64,000 bases of DNA from an uncultured Verrucomicrobiae bacterium (GCA_963735805.1 CAVTMK010000002.1:576001-640000), one strand, 5' to 3'. Shown: positions 30,946 to 40,796, numbered from the stretch's first letter. Program-made: numbers and translations. The notes: a model not told the origin generated them from the sequence alone.

Positions 30946-31790
30946 ATGACGATCTCCAACCCATCGCGTGCGATCTCAATCCCAGACTGCTTCACATGCG
31001 CGCGTTCCCTGGAGCTGGGCATAAGAATCGGGTTCGTATTGTTTATGTGGGTGTAAAACTTTCGGCGCGCCGGCGATTGATGCAAGAAGTCGAGGCTGCC
31101 ATCGCTAATGGGCAAATGGTTCATCTGTCGCGCGCTACGAGCGCCCGGCCGAATCGTGGCCAGTTCGCCGTCGCTCCAGAAGGTGCCATCGAACAGAACG
31201 ACATCGGATTGGTGAACTGTCTCCCGCAAATCGTCGGTTAATTCACCGACACTGGGCGCGAACATTGCTGTGGCTCCCGAGGTAGTTTCCCGAAATTGAA
31301 ATGCAACACTTCCTGGCAATTCAACCGCTCGAAAAGCCATACAGCCACTAAGCGTTTGAAATTCAGCGCCGATCGTTCGCCATTCGATTCCGCAGAACTT
31401 CCCAAGGACATCGTCAATCCAGCCAAGGGCGGCACGCGTTTTCTCAGCTGCATAAACCGCGAGCGGTGTGTCCCGTTCCCGTAGCAACAATAAACCCAGT
31501 GCATGATCGATGTCGGCATTTGTCAAAAGAACGCCTTCAATTGCGCTGTTGCGTGGCGAATCACGGCGCGGCTGCAACCGCGGCATGCTTTCGACGTGCC
31601 GAGTCAAATCAGGCGATGCGTTGATCAGGAACCAACGGTGAAAACCTTCCGAATCGCCGCTGATGGCGATGCTTGATTGCGTCTGCGGTGTGATTTTTCC
31701 GGCGCGCGCGGCCGCACAATTCGCGCAGGCACAATTCCATTGGGGCAGGCCTCCGCCAGCTGCGCTGCCCAGAATATGAATGCGAATCAA
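30942..31790 (-). CDS. pqqB: PQQ biosynthesis protein B (metallo-beta-lactamase fold)
   Basis: LGSAAGGGLPQWNCAC, INASPD, DGTFW, HINNTNPIL. Confidence 0.95.
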   Translation of the reverse strand: MIRIHILGSAAGGGLPQWNCACANCAAARAGKITPQTQSSIAISGDSEGFHRWFLINASPDLTRHVESMPRLQPRRDSPRNSAIEGVLLTNADIDHALGLLLLRERDTPLAVYAAEKTRAALGWIDDVLGKFCGIEWRTIGAEFQTLSGCMAFRAVELPGSVAFQFRETTSGATAMFAPSVGELTDDLRETVHQSDVVLFDGTFWSDGELATIRPGARSARQMNHLPISDGSLDFLHQSPARRKFYTHINNTNPILMPSSRERAHVKQSGIEIARDGLEIVI

Positions 31791-31824
31791 CCCGGAGTCG
31801 TCGGAGTCAGATAATCACGTTCGA

Positions 31825-31914
31825 TCAAACCGCGCCCGCGTAACAGGTGCACTCGAAAAAAATCGGAACGGTTTTCGTCATCGGTTTGATCCACCGCTTT
31901 TTTGTACGTCTCAT
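31825..31914 (-). CDS. pqqA: PQQ precursor peptide, 29 aa: MRRTKKRWIKPMTKTVPIFFECTCYAGAV
   Basis: Hand-translated from the minus strand; W-x-K-P leader and E-x3-Y core; ends 34 nt upstream of pqqB; below the ORF-track size cutoff. Confidence 0.9.
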   Translation of the reverse strand: MRRTKKRWIKPMTKTVPIFFECTCYAGAV

Positions 31915-31956
31915 AAGTCAGGTGCTGTCATAGAGCATATGGGCAATTTGGGCAAA

Positions 31957-32463
31957 TTATTTTTTGATAAAACTGATGTCTCCGCTGCGTTCGACTCGGG
32001 CAACGCGAACATTGGACAAATCGTCAAGGTGCGCGTCCAGACGCATATCCTCTTCCAAGTCGTGCCTGGAGATATGGTTGCGCCGCATCTTCCCGAAGTC
32101 GTATTGGCCATCGCGCACAATGATCTCGGGCCTGCCTTTCACCAAAATTCCGAATGTGTGCGAATAAAATGCCATATAAGCGAGGAAGCGGTGTAGCAAC
32201 ACCAGGACCACGCCTCCACCGATCGTGGCAAAAAAAGCCGCTGAACCATTGATCGCGCGCGAAAGCACCGAGGCGAGAATTACCAGCAGGACGGCGTCGA
32301 ATGGTGTTTTGTGTGAGAGGGATCGTTTATGTCCAAGCCGGACCATGGCTAGCGTGGCAAGAAAGACGATGACCCCGCGCAGGGAGATTTGGATAAACGT
32401 CAAGTTTCTCGGTTCTACACCTAATCCGAGCAAAGTTTCGAAAGAGTTCCAAAATTCATTCAT
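31957..32463 (-). CDS. DUF421/YetF family membrane protein
   Basis: RLGHKRSL...FDAV...G.PEIIVRDG...ERSGDISFI. Confidence 0.82.
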   Translation of the reverse strand: MNEFWNSFETLLGLGVEPRNLTFIQISLRGVIVFLATLAMVRLGHKRSLSHKTPFDAVLLVILASVLSRAINGSAAFFATIGGGVVLVLLHRFLAYMAFYSHTFGILVKGRPEIIVRDGQYDFGKMRRNHISRHDLEEDMRLDAHLDDLSNVRVARVERSGDISFIKK

Positions 32464-32591
32464 AGCTGGGATTGTATCGCCCTGAGAAGCCTGGTCGAGC
32501 ACATGCCTGTTTCGGTACCGCTTGCGCAAGAAAGCATCGCGTGGCATAAAACGACCGCTTGCCGGTTCGACCGACGCGGCACGCCAAAGTT

Positions 32592-33305
32592 ATGCCAACA
32601 GCTTCACCTCCTTCCCGCGACGTTGCGATGGAAACACGCGTCTTTTGGGAACGCTTCAAGAAAGAGATCATAGCGGTGCTCGTCGTCGCCTTACTCGCGG
32701 TTATCGGGTTTACTGGATATCGCTTTTATTCCGATCGACGCACAGCGTCGGCGTCAGCTTCATTGGCGAACGCAAAGACTGTCTCGGAATATCAACAGGT
32801 GATTGCCAGCTACCCGAATACCCAGGCCGCTGCTAACGCATATTTATTGCTCGCTGAAGCTCAACGAGGCGAAAAGAAATTCGCTGAGGCGAACACGACG
32901 CTTCAGACTTTCATCGCCAAGTTTCCTCAACACGAGTTCGTGAGCACGGCGCGAATGGCGATGGCGGCCAATCTGGAGTCGATGGGAAAGAGCGATGAAG
33001 CGCTGGCGGGCTACCAGCAGGTCGCATCGATGTACCCGAACAGTTACATCGCACCGCTGGCTTTGCTGGCGCAGGTCTACATTTTGAAAGCAAAAAATAA
33101 ACCTGATGACGCCCGGCGGATTTGCGAAACCGTTCTGACGCAATATCGAACAAGCTTCTGGTCCGGCGAGGCCATGCAGGAATTGCGCCTGATGAAGCCA
33201 GGTAGCACGCCTGTGCCGGCCGCGAAACCGGCACCAACTGTTCCGCAGTTCCTGGCGCCTCCGGCGCCAGCACCTCAGGGCGCGCCGTCGCCAAACAAGC
33301 CGTAG
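32592..33305 (+). CDS. Membrane-anchored tetratricopeptide protein (YfgM-like)
   Basis: Single N-terminal TM, TPR repeats (YPNT, FPQH, YPNS). Confidence 0.75.
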   Translation: MPTASPPSRDVAMETRVFWERFKKEIIAVLVVALLAVIGFTGYRFYSDRRTASASASLANAKTVSEYQQVIASYPNTQAAANAYLLLAEAQRGEKKFAEANTTLQTFIAKFPQHEFVSTARMAMAANLESMGKSDEALAGYQQVASMYPNSYIAPLALLAQVYILKAKNKPDDARRICETVLTQYRTSFWSGEAMQELRLMKPGSTPVPAAKPAPTVPQFLAPPAPAPQGAPSPNKP

Positions 33306-33428
33306 GCTATCTGCTAAAGCTGAAACGCTCCGCGGCGCGGCGCGGAAACGACATTAAGGCAAAGCCTCGATAATATGAGGCGGTTGGCGGTCCGTGACTC
33401 GGGCAACGTACAATTGCCGGAGGTCACA

Positions 33429-33824
33429 TTAACGTTTCGAGAATTGAAAACGTTTCCGCGCGCCGGGTTGTCCGGATTTTTTGCGCTCCTTCATGCGCGG
33501 ATCCCGGCGAAGTAAACCCTCAGTCTTCAGTGCGCTTCGCAAATTGCCATCGACTTGAAGAAGAGCGCGCGCAATAGCCAGTTGCGACGCGCCAGCCTGC
33601 CCCATGATTCCGCCACCGCTGGCGTTAATCGACAAATCGTAGGCATTCACCGCCTTGGCGGTTTGAAGCGGTTGCAACACAACATTCTGCAGAGGGATAG
33701 TCGGGAAATAATCCTCGAAGGTGCGACCGTTGATATCGATTTTTCCATTGCCCGGCGTCATGCGAATGCGGGCGACCGACGTCTTGCGGCGACCTGTAGC
33801 GACGAATTCCTCTGTTTCTGCCAT
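33429..33824 (-). CDS. rpsI: 30S ribosomal protein S9
   Basis: ATGRRKTSVARI...ERKKSGQPGARKRFQFSKR. Confidence 0.97.
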   Translation of the reverse strand: MAETEEFVATGRRKTSVARIRMTPGNGKIDINGRTFEDYFPTIPLQNVVLQPLQTAKAVNAYDLSINASGGGIMGQAGASQLAIARALLQVDGNLRSALKTEGLLRRDPRMKERKKSGQPGARKRFQFSKR

Positions 33825-33828
33825 ACGA

Positions 33829-34266
33829 TTATTTTCCGGTGAGTTTAACAGCCTCGGGCTGTTGCGCGGCATGCGGATGAGAATCGCCGCGATAAACCTT
33901 TAGCTTCCCATAAACGTGGCGACCGAGCCGATTGTGGGGAATCATTCCGCGCACCGCACGCTCGACCAGTAGTTCGGGATGCCGCGCTCGGCGCGCCCGG
34001 GCATTTTCAGATTTGTGACCGCCGACATATCCCGAAAAACTCATGTAGCTTTTCTGCTCTTCTTTCTTTCCGGTGAGGCGCACTCGCTCCGCATTGATGA
34101 CGATCACAAAATCGCCGGTATCGACGTGGGGCGTAAAAACTGTTTTTTCTTTGCCGCGTAACAGATTGGCAGCCTTCACCGCGACTCTTCCCAGAACCTG
34201 GTCTTGCGCGTCGATGATCCACCATTTGCGTGGAACCTCGCTGGCTTTGGCAGAAAACGTTTTCAT
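33829..34266 (-). CDS. rplM: 50S ribosomal protein L13
   Basis: MKTFSAK...LGRVA...TPHVDTGDFVIVINAE...HPHAAQQP. Confidence 0.97.
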   Translation of the reverse strand: MKTFSAKASEVPRKWWIIDAQDQVLGRVAVKAANLLRGKEKTVFTPHVDTGDFVIVINAERVRLTGKKEEQKSYMSFSGYVGGHKSENARARRARHPELLVERAVRGMIPHNRLGRHVYGKLKVYRGDSHPHAAQQPEAVKLTGK

Positions 34267-34400
34267 AGGGGCGGAAAAGGCGCGAAACCTACGGAAGGCG
34301 GCGCGGAGTGTCAAATTTCCAATGCGAATAATTAGCACTGGTTAACCAAACTGGCTACTGGTCAATTGGGGCATGCCAGTTTAATTGTTCTGCTTTTGGC

Positions 34401-35936
34401 ATGGCAAATTCGATGGATACTTCTACCAAGACAGCGATTACGCCGCGGCGCGACCAGGATTTTCCTGAGTGGTATCAGCAGGTGATCCGCGCAGCGGAAC
34501 TGGCCGAGCCTTCTGACGTGCGCGGTTGCATGGTGATTCGGCCCTGGGGTTACGGGATTTGGGAAAACATGCAGCGCCAGCTCGACGCGATGTTTCGCGC
34601 CACCGGCCATCGCAACGCTTATTTCCCACTTTTCATTCCGCTGAGTTACTTCGCGAAGGAAGCGGAACACGTTGAAGGATTCGCCAAAGAATGTGCCGTC
34701 GTTACGCACACGCGACTCGAGGTGGACGCGGATGGAAAGATGAAACCAGCCAGTCCATTGACCGAACCGCTTGTGGTCAGGCCGACTTCGGAAACGATCA
34801 TCGGCGCCAGCTACGCAAGATGGGTGCAATCTTATCGCGATCTGCCTATTCTCATCAATCAATGGGCAAATGTTGTCCGCTGGGAAATGCGGCCGCGCCT
34901 GTTTTTGCGGACAACTGAATTTCTGTGGCAGGAGGGCCACACGGTTCACGAAACGGAAGCTGAAGCGCGCGCGGAAACGAAATTAATCCTCGATCTATAC
35001 GAGCGCTTCGTCCGCGACTACCTGGCAATTCCAGTGTTCACCGGCGAAAAATCCGAGAGCGAAAAATTTCCTGGCGCTGTACAGACGTTAACGATCGAGG
35101 CGATGGTGCAGGATCGAAGAGCAATTCAGGCAGGCACGTCTCATTTTCTCGGTCAAAATTTCGCCCGTGCCAGTGGCATCCAATTTCAAAATCGGGAAGG
35201 CAAACAGGAATTTGGCTGGACGACCAGCTGGGGAATGACGACGCGATTAATCGGCACGCTGATCATGATGCACGGTGATGACGACGGCATCGTTTTGCCG
35301 CCACGGATCGCGCCCACTCAAATCGTCATCGTGCCGGTGACGCCAAAAGAGGAATCGCGTCCCATGGTAATGGAGGCGTGCGATAGTATCGCCCTGCAAC
35401 TGCGGGGAAAGCGCTTTGGCGATGTTTCACTGGAAGTCGAGGTGGACGGACGCGATATCGGCGGCGGTGTGAAAAATTGGGACTGGATCAAGAAAGGCGT
35501 CCCGATCCGCGTCGAAATCGGACCACGCGACCTTGAGAAAAACGCGCTCGTTGTGAGCCGCCGCGATCAGCCGATCAAAACCAAAGAGTCCATGTCGATT
35601 CAGGAATTCGTTGCCACCGCGCCGGAAATTCTAATGTCCATTCAACAAAATCTTCTCGAGCGCGCGAAGAAGTTCCGAGAGGCAAATACGCGGGTCATCG
35701 AATCAAAGAAAGATTTCTACGATTTCTTCACACCTGGGAATGCGGCAAAACCAGAAATCCATGGCGGCTTTGCCCTCGCGCATTGGAACGGCTCACGTGA
35801 AGTGGAAGAACAAATCAAGAACGACCTCAAAGTTACCATTCGCGTCGTTCCCTTCAATGATTCGCCCGAGCTAGGGAAATGCATTTTCACCGGCGAACCC
35901 AGCGCTCGGCGCGTTGTTTGGGCGAAATCGTATTAA
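34401..35936 (+). CDS. proS: Proline--tRNA ligase (archaeal/eukaryote-like type)
   Basis: VRGCMVIRPWGY, RPTSET, QWANVVRWE, FLRTTEFLWQEGHT, QAGTSHFLGQNF, ends KSY. Confidence 0.95.
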   Translation: MANSMDTSTKTAITPRRDQDFPEWYQQVIRAAELAEPSDVRGCMVIRPWGYGIWENMQRQLDAMFRATGHRNAYFPLFIPLSYFAKEAEHVEGFAKECAVVTHTRLEVDADGKMKPASPLTEPLVVRPTSETIIGASYARWVQSYRDLPILINQWANVVRWEMRPRLFLRTTEFLWQEGHTVHETEAEARAETKLILDLYERFVRDYLAIPVFTGEKSESEKFPGAVQTLTIEAMVQDRRAIQAGTSHFLGQNFARASGIQFQNREGKQEFGWTTSWGMTTRLIGTLIMMHGDDDGIVLPPRIAPTQIVIVPVTPKEESRPMVMEACDSIALQLRGKRFGDVSLEVEVDGRDIGGGVKNWDWIKKGVPIRVEIGPRDLEKNALVVSRRDQPIKTKESMSIQEFVATAPEILMSIQQNLLERAKKFREANTRVIESKKDFYDFFTPGNAAKPEIHGGFALAHWNGSREVEEQIKNDLKVTIRVVPFNDSPELGKCIFTGEPSARRVVWAKSY

Positions 35937-36014
35937 AGTCCTGGGCGAATTGCGACTTATACGAAGCATCCCAGTTGACGCGGCGATCAACGTTCGTTTA
36001 TTTCGGCGCTGCCG

Positions 36015-36275
36015 ATGGAACTGACGCTCTACAGTCGCAAGTGGTGTTCGTGGTGCATCGACGCGAAGGATTACCTCAACGAGAAGGGATATCGTTTCCA
36101 GGAAGTTGACGTCGGCAAAGACCGTCAGGCATATGAGCAAATGAAGCAGCTTTCCTCGCAAACGTATGTGCCCACGTTCGTAGCGGGCGATAAGGTTCTG
36201 GCCAATTTCGATACCAACCAGCTCCAGAAATTTCTCACCGAGCACGAGATTAATCCGCAGAAAACCGCTTCCTGA
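36015..36275 (+). CDS. Glutaredoxin-like protein
   Basis: CSWC motif and VPT cis-Pro. Confidence 0.85.
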   Translation: MELTLYSRKWCSWCIDAKDYLNEKGYRFQEVDVGKDRQAYEQMKQLSSQTYVPTFVAGDKVLANFDTNQLQKFLTEHEINPQKTAS

Positions 36276-37090
36276 TGCTTTTCTGGATTTTACTTACACT
36301 CGGCGTGATCGTGCTCAGCGTCGGTCTGCGCACTTTTCAAAATTCATTTACGCAAAAGGCCGGCGCGCTCGGGATTCTCGTTGCCACGTTTCTTACCGTT
36401 TATTTTATCTCAGGTAGTTGGGTCTGGGGTTTTGTTGGTGCGATGAGCTGGCTCTTTCTGCCGTGGCTGGAAATTCTCACCCGCATTCGTGCGCTTCGAC
36501 TTCCCCAGGAAAAACGGCTTCGACCGAAAAGTCCGCCGCCTTCGGACACGTTCCCGGCGCTGAGCGAAATCACGCGCGAGATCGAGGAGGAAGGGTTCAT
36601 ACATGTCGATGATACGGGCTGGGATTGGGAAGATTACCGGCAATTTTTTCGATTGTTTTATAGAGAAGAGGATCGAGCCCAGGCTGCCATCTGCCTGAAC
36701 GAGCAACGCGATTTTTCGTTTTATTATTTGCGCATTTCATCACGCGCAAAAGGCGGCACGGTTTGGACAACGTGGAATTATCCGCTCTCCTATGGCCTCA
36801 AGCTCACGCCTCTGTTTCGTATTAATCGGCAGCGGCCGGATCGATCGTTCTGGCAGCTTTACCAAAGCCATCGCGAATTTCTCCGCCGAAACGGCGTGAA
36901 TCCGGCGGCAATCGACCCGCTCGACGAGCAACAAATTGAAACGGAAATGGAGAACGATCTGCGAGACCAGATCGCGCATAACATCCATAAAGGCGTTCTC
37001 AAACAGACGGCAGCAGGCGACGTAAAATACTCCTGGCGCGGAATGTTTTATCTTTGGTGTCAGTTTCTGGTCGATCTGGTGCGGCTATAG
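36275..37090 (+). CDS. Conserved hypothetical membrane protein
   Basis: Translationally coupled to the glutaredoxin gene; N-terminal TM helices. Confidence 0.7.
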   Translation: MLFWILLTLGVIVLSVGLRTFQNSFTQKAGALGILVATFLTVYFISGSWVWGFVGAMSWLFLPWLEILTRIRALRLPQEKRLRPKSPPPSDTFPALSEITREIEEEGFIHVDDTGWDWEDYRQFFRLFYREEDRAQAAICLNEQRDFSFYYLRISSRAKGGTVWTTWNYPLSYGLKLTPLFRINRQRPDRSFWQLYQSHREFLRRNGVNPAAIDPLDEQQIETEMENDLRDQIAHNIHKGVLKQTAAGDVKYSWRGMFYLWCQFLVDLVRL

Positions 37091-37097
37091 TTGCTCT

Positions 37098-37190
37098 CTC
37101 ATCCCGAGCGGAGCCCAGCGAAGTCGAAGGATCCCGTTGGGTCACCGGCAACGCCATTACTCGGCCCCTGCTTCACTCCGCTCCCATGGT
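37098..37190. repeat. TCAT-CCCGAGCG-type palindromic repeat (family A)
   Basis: TCATCCCGAGCGGAG..CGAAGTCGAAGGATCCC, related to the 47302, 53256, 59154 and 63151 copies. Confidence 0.6.
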
Positions 37191-37202
37191 GCAATCACCA
37201 GA

Positions 37203-37216
37203 TGTTCACTTGAACT
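37203..37216. promoter_or_regulatory. LexA (SOS) box upstream of lexA
   Basis: TGTTCACTTGAACT, one mismatch to the Verrucomicrobia TGTTC-N4-GAACA motif. Confidence 0.75.
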
Positions 37217-37249
37217 TGCCTTCGCGCCGGTTCGCACGATTATGTAAAC

Positions 37250-37867
37250 ATGCTTACCGAGCGGCAGAAGAGCATTCTTGATTTCATCCAGCGCGAACAA
37301 CGGGAAAAGGGGATGACGCCGAGCACCCGCGAAATTCAAACTCATTTCCGGTTTGCGAGCCAGACGTCGGTAATGCAATACATCGCCGCACTCGAGCGAA
37401 AGGGTTTTCTCGATCGACATGCGCGCAAGGCACGGGCGCTGATCACTCCAGCAATGAAGGTGCGCATTGCCGATATTCCGATCTATGGACAGATCCCGGC
37501 TGGGATGTCTGCGTTGACAGAGCAAACCGTCGAGGGCCACGTGTCGCTGGATTCGCGCTCGGCCAATGTACAAAAAAATCGAGGCACCTTTGCTTTACGT
37601 GTCCGGGGCGATTCAATGATTGGTGCGCACATTGTGGATGGTGACATTGTGATATTGGAAGACGCCAAAGACGTCCATGACGGCGACATTGTTGCTGCAT
37701 TGATCGACGGCGAAACGACATTGAAACGTTACGTGGTCGAACGCGGACGCCCCTATCTCAAAGCCGAAAATCCGCACTATCCCGATCTAGTTCCGGCGCG
37801 CGAACTGAAGATTCAAGGCGTAATGGTGTCGCTGGTGCGAAAGCAAGAGCGCCGGAAGAAACACTAG
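37250..37867 (+). CDS. lexA: SOS repressor LexA
   Basis: LTERQ..IL wHTH, PSTREI, IPAG cleavage site, GDSM Ser, TLKR Lys. Confidence 0.95.
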   Translation: MLTERQKSILDFIQREQREKGMTPSTREIQTHFRFASQTSVMQYIAALERKGFLDRHARKARALITPAMKVRIADIPIYGQIPAGMSALTEQTVEGHVSLDSRSANVQKNRGTFALRVRGDSMIGAHIVDGDIVILEDAKDVHDGDIVAALIDGETTLKRYVVERGRPYLKAENPHYPDLVPARELKIQGVMVSLVRKQERRKKH

Positions 37868-37932
37868 GCTGGAGATCGGGCGGTTGCGTGAGCCTGGGTA
37901 GACCGGTTGGTGCATTAGCTGCTGGCTTATAA

Positions 37933-37946
37933 TGTTCACTTGAACA
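37933..37946. promoter_or_regulatory. LexA (SOS) box upstream of imuA
   Basis: Perfect TGTTCACTTGAACA. Confidence 0.85.
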
Positions 37947-37980
37947 TATACATCTATGATGCCATTTTTCTTTGATGGCT

Positions 37981-38661
37981 ATGAGCGGGAAAATTATCGA
38001 TCTGCGCCACCTTCTTGAGATTCGTTTTCCACAGGCGCCCATGACGGTAGGAAGGCGTTTAGTCACCGGTTTAGCTTCCTTCGATCAACCTAGTGGCGGT
38101 GGTTTGCCCAAAGGGGCAATCACTGAATTAATCAGTCCCCGGGGAAGCGCGGGAAGCGCATCACTCGTTCACGCCCTCATCCATGGCGCATATCACGATC
38201 GGTATTTTGTGGCGCTGATTGATGGGCGCGATTCGTTCGATTCCTGCGCCCTGGCAAATTCCATTCTCAGTCAGTTGCTTTGGGTGCGTTGCACTAATGC
38301 TTTGGAAGCAGTCAAAGCAGCGGATCTGCTCTTGCGAGACGGCAACTTTCCGCTGGTGATTGTCGATCTGATTCTCAATTCAGTGGAAGAATTGCGCAAA
38401 ATTCCGCAAACAACCTGGTATCGCTTGCAACGGCTGGTCGAATCGGTGCCCAATGCGTGTCTGGTCCTTACCCGGTATGATATGGTCAGCAGCGCACAAC
38501 TAAAACTTGTTCTCGAAAATTCCTGGAATCTGGAAAGCTCGGAAAAGAATGAAGCGATTTCTCAACTACGAATTGTTGTAAAACGATCGCATCTCAAATC
38601 AATGATCGCGCCTTTGGTGGCCGCAGCGACCTGCAGCGCGGCAGGCAGTGCTCAGTCGTGA
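37981..38661 (+). CDS. imuA: ImuA/RecA-like mutasome accessory protein
   Basis: TGLASFD..GGLPKGAITE, IDGRDSFD, LLWVRC, ADLLLRDGNFPLVIVD; follows lexA and an SOS box. Confidence 0.8.
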   Translation: MSGKIIDLRHLLEIRFPQAPMTVGRRLVTGLASFDQPSGGGLPKGAITELISPRGSAGSASLVHALIHGAYHDRYFVALIDGRDSFDSCALANSILSQLLWVRCTNALEAVKAADLLLRDGNFPLVIVDLILNSVEELRKIPQTTWYRLQRLVESVPNACLVLTRYDMVSSAQLKLVLENSWNLESSEKNEAISQLRIVVKRSHLKSMIAPLVAAATCSAAGSAQS

Positions 38662-38670
38662 ATTAAATCG

Positions 38671-39204
38671 ATGTTTGCGACCATTTATTTGCCGAACTTT
38701 TATTTGCAGGCCGCTCTGCGGCATCAGCCCGGGCTTTGCGAGAAACTAGTCGCTTTAATTGAGGAGCAGGAAAAGAAACCTGTAATCATTCAATTGAATG
38801 AGGCCGCAGAAAAGGCGGGGATCTGCAAGGGAATGACTCCAAGTCAGGCTTTGGCGCGATCTTTACAGGTTGTGATTAAAGTGCGGGCGCGAACGCAGGA
38901 AAAATCGATCCAGGAAATCTTGCTTCACCACGCGTTTACCCTCAGTCCATTTGTTGAGGCAACCGCACCGGGCATCTGCACAGTTCAATTTACAGACCAC
39001 CGCCATTTACTGGGAAAAGTTAAGCGTGTTATCCAGCAATTAGAGAAATGCGAAATCCGGGCTCAAGCGGGGATTACTGCTACGCCAGATACCAGTTTTC
39101 TCGCCGCACATCTGGCGCGTCCGGTTCTGCACATTGAAGACGTAAAAGAATTTCTTGCCGCCTTGCCCATAGAAACTCTCGGAACATTTTCCCCGGTTTT
39201 TTGA
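38671..39204 (+). CDS. imuB: ImuB (inactive Y-family polymerase) N-terminal half: palm/fingers
   Basis: FATIYLPNFYLQA, NEAAEKAGICKGMTPSQALA, FTLSPFVE, ends FLAALPIETL; lacks catalytic Asp residues. Confidence 0.78.
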   Translation: MFATIYLPNFYLQAALRHQPGLCEKLVALIEEQEKKPVIIQLNEAAEKAGICKGMTPSQALARSLQVVIKVRARTQEKSIQEILLHHAFTLSPFVEATAPGICTVQFTDHRHLLGKVKRVIQQLEKCEIRAQAGITATPDTSFLAAHLARPVLHIEDVKEFLAALPIETLGTFSPVF

Positions 39205-39250
39205 TAGAGACGTTGCTGGCGCAATCTTCCGCCGTCCCCAAAGCCGCCGA

Positions 39251-39433
39251 TCAACGGTTCTTCCTCGGTTTTCCGATCGCTTCGGTTTGTTTTACAACGA
39301 ACGATTTCACCCGGGCATACTCTTTCTGAACGCCATTGGCGAAATCGTGTGGCCCGTGCTCAAACAGCACCACGAAACAAAAAGTTAGAACGATGAACAG
39401 AACAAACCAAAAAAGACCGCGCAGGAGCGCCAT
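39251..39433 (-). CDS. Small membrane protein
   Basis: 60 aa, hydrophobic N-terminus, TFCFVVLFEHGP. Confidence 0.6.
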   Translation of the reverse strand: MALLRGLFWFVLFIVLTFCFVVLFEHGPHDFANGVQKEYARVKSFVVKQTEAIGKPRKNR

Positions 39434-39529
39434 TCAAACAGGCTAACGCGCGCGGCCCGGGCGATCAATACCGGCGCAACGAACGACAACGTCTTGAATG
39501 GAATGGCGAAACTGCCAAGCTATTTGGCC

Positions 39530-40717
39530 ATGCGCGTTCCGTTGCTCGATCTTAGCGAACAATATTCCGCCCTGGGCGATATAATTCGCGAGGCAATCAG
39601 TGATGTTCTGGCAAGCGGCCGCTTCATCCTTGGCCCGAAAACGGAGGAGTTCGAGAGGGCGATGTGCGACTATTGTAATACGCCGCACGCCGTCGGTGTT
39701 TCATCGGGAACTGACGCTTTGCTGGCCATCTTAATGGCGCTGGGAATCGAGCGGGGCGATGCCGTTATCACGACGCCCTACACATTTTTTGCGACTGCTG
39801 GGTGCCTTGCGCGTGTTGGTGCAAGGCCGCTTTTCGCCGATATAGATCCTGAGACATACAACATTCGTCCATCTGCGATTCAGGAGTGCATCGAAAAAAG
39901 CTGTCGGATGAACTCAGATGGCAAATGGACAACCAAAAATGGCGAGAAAGTCCGCGCCATCATTCCGGTCCACTTGTTTGGGCTATGCTGCGAGATGGAG
40001 GCCCTCCATGAAATCTCAGAACACTATCGGCTTGATGTGATTGAGGACGCGGCGCAGGCGATTGGAGCCGAATTCAACCTCCGCGGCAGGATTGCCAGGG
40101 CCGGAGCGATGGGCGATGTGGGCTTTTTCAGTTTTTATCCTTCGAAAAATCTCGGAGCTGCCGGGGATGCTGGGATGGTCGTTTGCCGGGACGAGAAATT
40201 GGCCAAAAAGCTGCGCATTTTCAGGGAGCACGGAATGGAACCGCGCTATTTCCATCATGTCATTGGAGGCAATTTTCGCCTCGACGAAATACAGGCGGCA
40301 ATTCTTGCCGTTAAGCTTCCATGGCTGGAGAAATGGGCAGCCGCGCGGCGTACTGCGGCGGATTTTTATGGCTCGGAACTGGAGCGCACAGGATTGACAG
40401 AAAAAATCGGGACGCCCTCCGAGCCCTATCGCCAACGCGGCCTAACGAATCATCATGTTTATCATCAATACGTCATCCGCACGCCGACGCGCGATGCCCT
40501 GCGCGAACACCTGGGCAAACGGGGAATCGATACGGCCATTTACTATCCACTCGGGCTACATGAGCAGAAATGTTTTGCTTATCTCGGCTACAAAAAAGGT
40601 GATTTTCCGGAGACCGAACGCGCGACTGGCGAGACACTCGCGCTGCCGATTTATCCCGAGATTTCGCGCGAGGCGCAGCGATACGTGGTAAGCGCTATTG
40701 CCGAATTCTTCAGCTGA
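39530..40717 (+). CDS. DegT/DnrJ/EryC1/StrS aminotransferase
   Basis: VPLLDL, SSGTDAL, PVHLFG, IEDAAQAIG, SFYPSKNLG, GGNFRLDEIQAA. Confidence 0.92.
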   Translation: MRVPLLDLSEQYSALGDIIREAISDVLASGRFILGPKTEEFERAMCDYCNTPHAVGVSSGTDALLAILMALGIERGDAVITTPYTFFATAGCLARVGARPLFADIDPETYNIRPSAIQECIEKSCRMNSDGKWTTKNGEKVRAIIPVHLFGLCCEMEALHEISEHYRLDVIEDAAQAIGAEFNLRGRIARAGAMGDVGFFSFYPSKNLGAAGDAGMVVCRDEKLAKKLRIFREHGMEPRYFHHVIGGNFRLDEIQAAILAVKLPWLEKWAAARRTAADFYGSELERTGLTEKIGTPSEPYRQRGLTNHHVYHQYVIRTPTRDALREHLGKRGIDTAIYYPLGLHEQKCFAYLGYKKGDFPETERATGETLALPIYPEISREAQRYVVSAIAEFFS

Positions 40718-40796
40718 AGCTGCAATCGGAGGCCAAACCACTTGCGAGCCGCAGAGCGCGAGCTATATCAACGCGGAAAGCTTTCGTGGGACAAAC

